This document shows, piece by piece, positions 58,136-64,000 of a DNA stretch of 64,000 nucleotides (position 1 is its first letter; each line of letters begins with the position of its first letter). The stretch comes from the human T2T-CHM13v2.0 reference genome, Homo sapiens. The stretch lies in the NCBI RefSeq assembly GCF_009914755.1, contig NC_060928.1; one strand, given 5' to 3'. The position numbers and the translations under genes were made by a program. The notes under the pieces were generated by a model that saw only the letters and a list, made by a program, of their open reading frames with translations, was not told the DNA's origin and searched no databases.

Positions 58136-59934
58136 ACTGAATGCTGGAGGAATGATTATCTTTGTACAATAATGTCTTTAGTTTATTTAAGGTCCTGATG
58201 AGAGGCTCACATGCTTATGAAACAGGCGCCAATTTCTGATAAACTTTGCAACCTTTATACTGCTCAGATGAGTCTAGGCCTGGTTTTCCCTGAGGCTTCT
58301 CATCATCTTGTGGCAATGACCACCAGGTGTGCTGTATTACCTGCTGAATTGAAGATCAACTTGGTTTTGTTTTTAAACACATCTTACATTTGGGCAACCA
58401 ATTCCAGGGATTTTAAAATCAGTTTCTCAAGAAAATATTACATGGAGGTAGAACCTATCTTGGAGCAGAGGGCTAGAATCGGAAACTCAGGACAGGGTTT
58501 ACTTAATCTCTTTGACTTTTTGTTTCCTCACTCATAATTGAAAATAATAATTTCCCCATAGTAATATTATGAGCACTGAATCTGATATTATGTATAGGAA
58601 GTACATTGTATTGTGTATCATTAATAAACCATTTTTATGACTATCATCAAAAGAGATCTTTCATAGAATTATATAATATAGTATTAAAATTAAAGAATCT
58701 AATATAGATCACCTAGTCAAATGTCCTCCTTTTCTAGAATTAAAAAAAAAAAAATCAGAAGGATGAAGGAATTTAGCCAAAGTCGTATAGTTCTCAGTGG
58801 CAAGTCCAGATAGAATATAACGGCTTTTTCCAAATATTCAAAGAAGAAAACATTTGCGCTATATGACCCCAAGGGATCAAATCAGTAGTGAAAGCTAGAG
58901 GAAACTATATGAAAATACACATCTAACAATCTCAATCTTAGTGCTCTACTGTTGAAATAGGTTGCCTCGGGGTTGCCACTCACCACCCTTCCCCCACCAC
59001 CACCACCTATTTAGGTATTAAAGCTGGCTCTAGGGAGATGAAGTAAGCCATATGTACAGGTATCAGTCTCTGGGTTTTGTGAATCGGAAATTAATCATAT
59101 GCATCATGGTTTGGCCTTGTGGTTGACACATTGCCTGAGACAGTCCCAGACCTATGACAGAGCCAACTCTGGAACTGTATTTTATAGAAATGCAGGAGCC
59201 ACAATCTCACTGGAAGAAAGGACTTAAAGCTATAATTTCTTAGCACTTTACATAAGATTGAGAAAATGTCAAGTATCCATATCAAAGAATAGAGTTTGAA
59301 GGAGATTACAGAGGGACTAAATTCCTTTAACCCACTTGGCATTGCTGTTGGTTATATATAGAAGCTGGGCTCAACTCTGCTGGATAGCTAACCACAATTT
59401 CAGAGCCTGTAATTTTCTGTTATCTGTACTGACGCCCTTTTTATTTATGTGGATAATTGAAAGTTGACTATAATTATGAAATCTGACAACCTCAAGACAA
59501 ACTCATTGAACATCTTTCTTTTAGAAACAATGTGAATTGAGATGTTTTATTCACTAGGCAACCCAATAATATTTGCTCATGGTTAAGAATGTACTATCAA
59601 TCACGATATCCCAAACAAAAAACACAAGAGAACAAGCCAACAACAACAAAGTTTTCCCTTAGAGACAATTGTAATGAGACAGGACAGGCATTGCCCCAAA
59701 AGAGAAGTGAGAGATAATTTGAGGAAGTAAAATAAAGTTTAGTAAAGGCTGGGATATTTCTGTGGAACCTACTAAAAGGGGAACTCCAAGATATGCCTCA
59801 CATTTGCCCAGATCTAGATCTGAGTTTGCATATTTTGTGATTTCAGAGTATGTTCTGACTAAAACAGCAAACACACTTAATATAAGTGGTTAATGAAGCT
59901 ACCAGCAAAGTGGGCACATCCTGTCACAGTGCAC

Positions 59935-60160
59935 ATAATAATAACAAAGCTAATATTGAGTGCTTACCATGAGCAGGTACTGTACTAAAACGTTTCACAT
60001 GAGTTAACTTGTTTAATCCTTGTACTAATTATGATATTTGTACTATTCTTAACCCCATTTTCAGGAAACTGAAGTTTAGAGACCTTGACTACTTTCCACA
60101 GCTGATAACTGTTAACTTCAGGTTTGAATCAAGGTCTTCTGACTGCAGACCTGTATCTTC
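59935..60160 (-). mobile_element. MIR
   Basis: attgagtgcttaccatgagcaggtactgtactaa...aggaaactgaagtttagaga...tttgaatcaaggtcttctgact. Confidence 0.85.
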
Positions 60161-60412
60161 CTTATATCTTGTCCACCTACCCTTGGTAGATCTGAAATGG
60201 AGTCCAGTCTTGTTGTGTCAGTACTGCTGTCATTGTCCCCAGAGCAGCCCATTGTTTACTATGTAGGGTGACCAGCAATCTGTAGGCCAGCCTTTGGGGC
60301 ATAATGTGCCTCTTTTGTGTTAATCCTTAGAAAAAACCTACTTAAAAATATGTTCTTTTTCCATTAGAGTCACGACAGGTCAAAGATCTACTGAGGAGGG
60401 GATGTGTCTTTA

Positions 60413-60796
<384 letters not shown>

Positions 60797-61499
60797 TCAC
60801 TTAATGTTACCTAACACTAAGTGTATTTCACAGGTGCTGCTGAGGAAACCATTCAAAGTCCTAGCCTATCTATGACAGGCCTTAATATCCTAAAGCTAAG
60901 AAAGGTAGGGTACAGAGTCAGCCATATACATGTATAAAGCAGGTAGACATTCAGGATGCTGAAAAGGGTACCTGCATCATATTTGTTTTCCCCTAGACTT
61001 GCCAACTAGTCTGAAATTTCCACCACTACTATCACTTATTTGGATAAAGCCCCCATATTAGAATATAAACATGTTCTTGAAAAGATGAATACGTTAAGCC
61101 ATTAATATTCACTACAGACAGTGATGGTTAACACTATAGCTGTAATGTTAGAAAAGGACAGAGCTTTGAGGGAATGAGACCATGATAGGTAAATTTTGAA
61201 GAAAAAAAGAAAACTGGAAAGCTCATAACAGTGGTTTTCAAACACAGGCTTGCAGATTAGACAAAGGTATTCATTAATTTTTGGTGAAATAGGAGCAACA
61301 GGGAAAATGTAGTAAAATTTCTAATTAAAACTATACATTTAAAATTATAAAATTATAAATTCTGAGATAATGTCCTTCTTTTTGGATGGTATCTTGTCAC
61401 TTCTGTTATAAGATGATTATGATAGTAGATGAAGGTTGAATTTTTTTAAAAGTCTGTGTTTGACAAAATAAAAAGCTAGCAATTTTTTGTTAATCATTA

Positions 61500-61660
61500 A
61501 TGGATATACATGCATTCAATATTCTATTACACCTTCACAGTAACTGTGAGGAATTTTTTGTGATCATGCCTGTTTTATAGATGAGGAATCTCAGGCCTAG
61601 AGGATAAATAACTTATCCAAATTGATATAGCTATTAAGTGGCAAAACTGTGACTTGTCCT
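61500..61660 (-). mobile_element. MIR fragment
   Basis: ttttatagatgaggaatctcaggcctagaggataaataacttatccaa. Confidence 0.7.
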
Positions 61661-64000
61661 CCTTACTCACTCCTTTCATTTGGGACAAGGACACTGGGGC
61701 CTTTGAGGAAAAGATCAATACTAAAAACAGAAAGAGAAATGTTAGAAAAACCAAAGTACAGAAGATAAATTTCACCTACTTAATTTTAACAAACACTTTC
61801 TAGAACTTTGCTGGCAAAAATGTTGTCCCTTATACTTGGCATTTAGAAACTAACATCATAAAATCCTGAAAGTGTTAAGAGCAAAAAAAGTTTTAAAGTT
61901 CATTCTCCTTCTTTTCAATAAATGAGAAAACTTACAAGTAGCATCTGACTTAAAATTCTATATTGTTGCATATGACAAGCACTCAGAAATATTTACATAA
62001 AGCAAAAGGCATAACACAGCCATTATTGGTAATGTAGAGAAGAAAAAAGCAAAGGAAAATGTAGCCTGATCAGACCAGCTAAGTAACTGCATGAGACAAA
62101 CTTCAGCCACTTCAGTCATCCATGACAAATGAAGAACAGTAAAACAGGAAAAACCCTTAAAATAGAATTAATTTCAACTCAGTGATATGCACATAGGAAG
62201 CATTCAACAAAAAGTCAATTACTGAAATAATAAATGAATGCCTAATTTTATATTGCTCATCATAACATGGGCAACATACATTCTTTCTTGTTCTAGAAAT
62301 AAACATTTGAAGACCTGGGAAAATGCTTAACCAAGAAAAATCTATTACAAGGCTACACTTTGACTACATGTATTCATCATTAAATACAGGTATAAAATGA
62401 AAATGTCCAAATATGCTAATTTAGACATAATACATATAATGACTGAGATTTAAGAACTAGTATCATTTATTTGGCAGTTTTCCAAACTCTCAACATTTGG
62501 AAACATTTTCTATTACTGAGTCGTTTTGCCACCAGGGAACCCAACTAACTCCAGAATTATGCTTCCTTCAGGGAGATGGGAAGTTCTCATCAGCCACAAC
62601 AACCTTGGCAGGTAGCTCTCTTGTGCTTACTCGGAACATATATTTGAGAATTAGAATAAAGACTAAAGGATATGCTCAGCATTTCCAAGTCCTTATGTAC
62701 CCTGAATTGGCATCTACTATTGACTACGAGGACAATGGGTGAACAGTCAAATTACTTTTGGGGGGTTGAGAGGAGACAGAGACAGAATGGTATTCTGTGG
62801 TCTCAGCCATAAGCTTCAGGAAATCCATGGTAACTTTCATATCTCTAAAGCAAAGAGCTAAGGAAGCCCATCTAATGCTTCTGAAAGGCAGGTATTGAGG
62901 TGGCTGTGGGAACCTCTGAGAGCCCCTCATCTACCCTGTAGACCAAGAAACCACCTATCGCAGTGGAAGCTCATGTGCCCCATTGAGGAGTTTCCCACCA
63001 TGGCTTGGATTTGCATGAGAAACATCATCAGACTGAATCTGATTCTTAAAAATGGATGAAGGGACAGAGAGGTAACTTTCAAGATGCTTCCACATTATTT
63101 AGGAATCCAAGATCATCAGATTCCCTCACTCCAGAGGGAAATTAAAGTTCAGAGGACAATGCCTGAGCCTACTGCTGACTTACAGAACCCATTTCACTCA
63201 TAAATTTGAGCCCCCAAGGCCTAAAGGAGATGAGTGTGGTTCAAGCTTTCCCTTCATTTTCATTCTATACAGAACTGGCCATTTAACGACCGCTGGATCT
63301 TGGCAAGCAGCTACCTTATTTGGAGAAGTTCTAGCAGTTCTCAACCTCTAATTTCTGCTTCAGGCCTTACATTCTGGAAGGAGTAAGATGCCACTACAGT
63401 GGAGGATTCTTGAAGCTCTATACAGAAGTGGTGCACCATAGAGGGCCACAAACCTGAATACAGAACTCCCATTGCAGTGTGGCAGGGGCGGGGGGTTTAC
63501 AGCCATTTCAGGAGACCCTAAAACAGATCAGGCAGATTTTGATGTGGGTTACAGGATTACCCTCTAGCCAGGAAGCTAGACTCATTTCTTCATTTGTCCA
63601 GCAATAATATATTAAGCTAAGCACCTATTTTTGTGAAACTAGAAAGGGTAGAATCCCGTAGTTTGAGGACCACTTCACAGAGGAATTAGGATTGCTGGAG
63701 ATGACCAGCACTAAGTATGGGGCCAAGGGACTCTTCACTTAACCCCTGTCCCATACTTCACTCATGCCCTCAAATGGAAATGACCTATTTGACATTATCA
63801 TTCATCAAATATTTTTTAGATCTACTGTGTAGAAGACATCAAGGCCAACGCTGTTGGACTGTTTATTAATCCATAAAAATGAGATCTATTTTAAATCAAT
63901 AAACAACGATCTTAATTTTCTTTTGGCCTCAAGTACATAACACAGTGCCTAGCCCATAGTGGACATTTTAGAGATGTTCATTACATTGAAAAGAAAATAA

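Overview
Primate (very probably human) non-coding genomic DNA dominated by transposable elements. I see no supportable host protein-coding gene, RNA gene or CRISPR array. Almost all ORFs in the supplied track are Alu, microsatellite or ERV artefacts. The main structures are: (1) an old two-LTR class I ERV on the minus strand (LTR8-family LTRs, tRNA-Pro-like primer-binding site, HUERS-P1/MER4-group type, 3181-13571) interrupted by eight Alus; (2) a 5,882-bp HERV-H provirus on the minus strand (23434-29315) with two LTR7s, a His primer-binding site, an intact major splice donor and a GAAGT target-site duplication (TSD), inserted inside a MER39-like solo LTR that itself sits in an old L1 3' end, next to a solo LTR8; (3) about 40 Alu/FLAM/FAM copies plus MLT1, MER34, L1M, L2, MIR and DNA-transposon relics (MER20, MER58, MER5, MER2, MER47A, MER33). 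The least explained signal is a 65-bp non-TE direct repeat (49622-49686 / 51059-51123) whose substitutions preserve a peptide and its stop codon; the first copy ends a 43-codon ORF with a good Kozak context. Subfamily names come from recalled consensus sequences and need RepeatMasker/Dfam confirmation. Boundaries of old elements are approximate.
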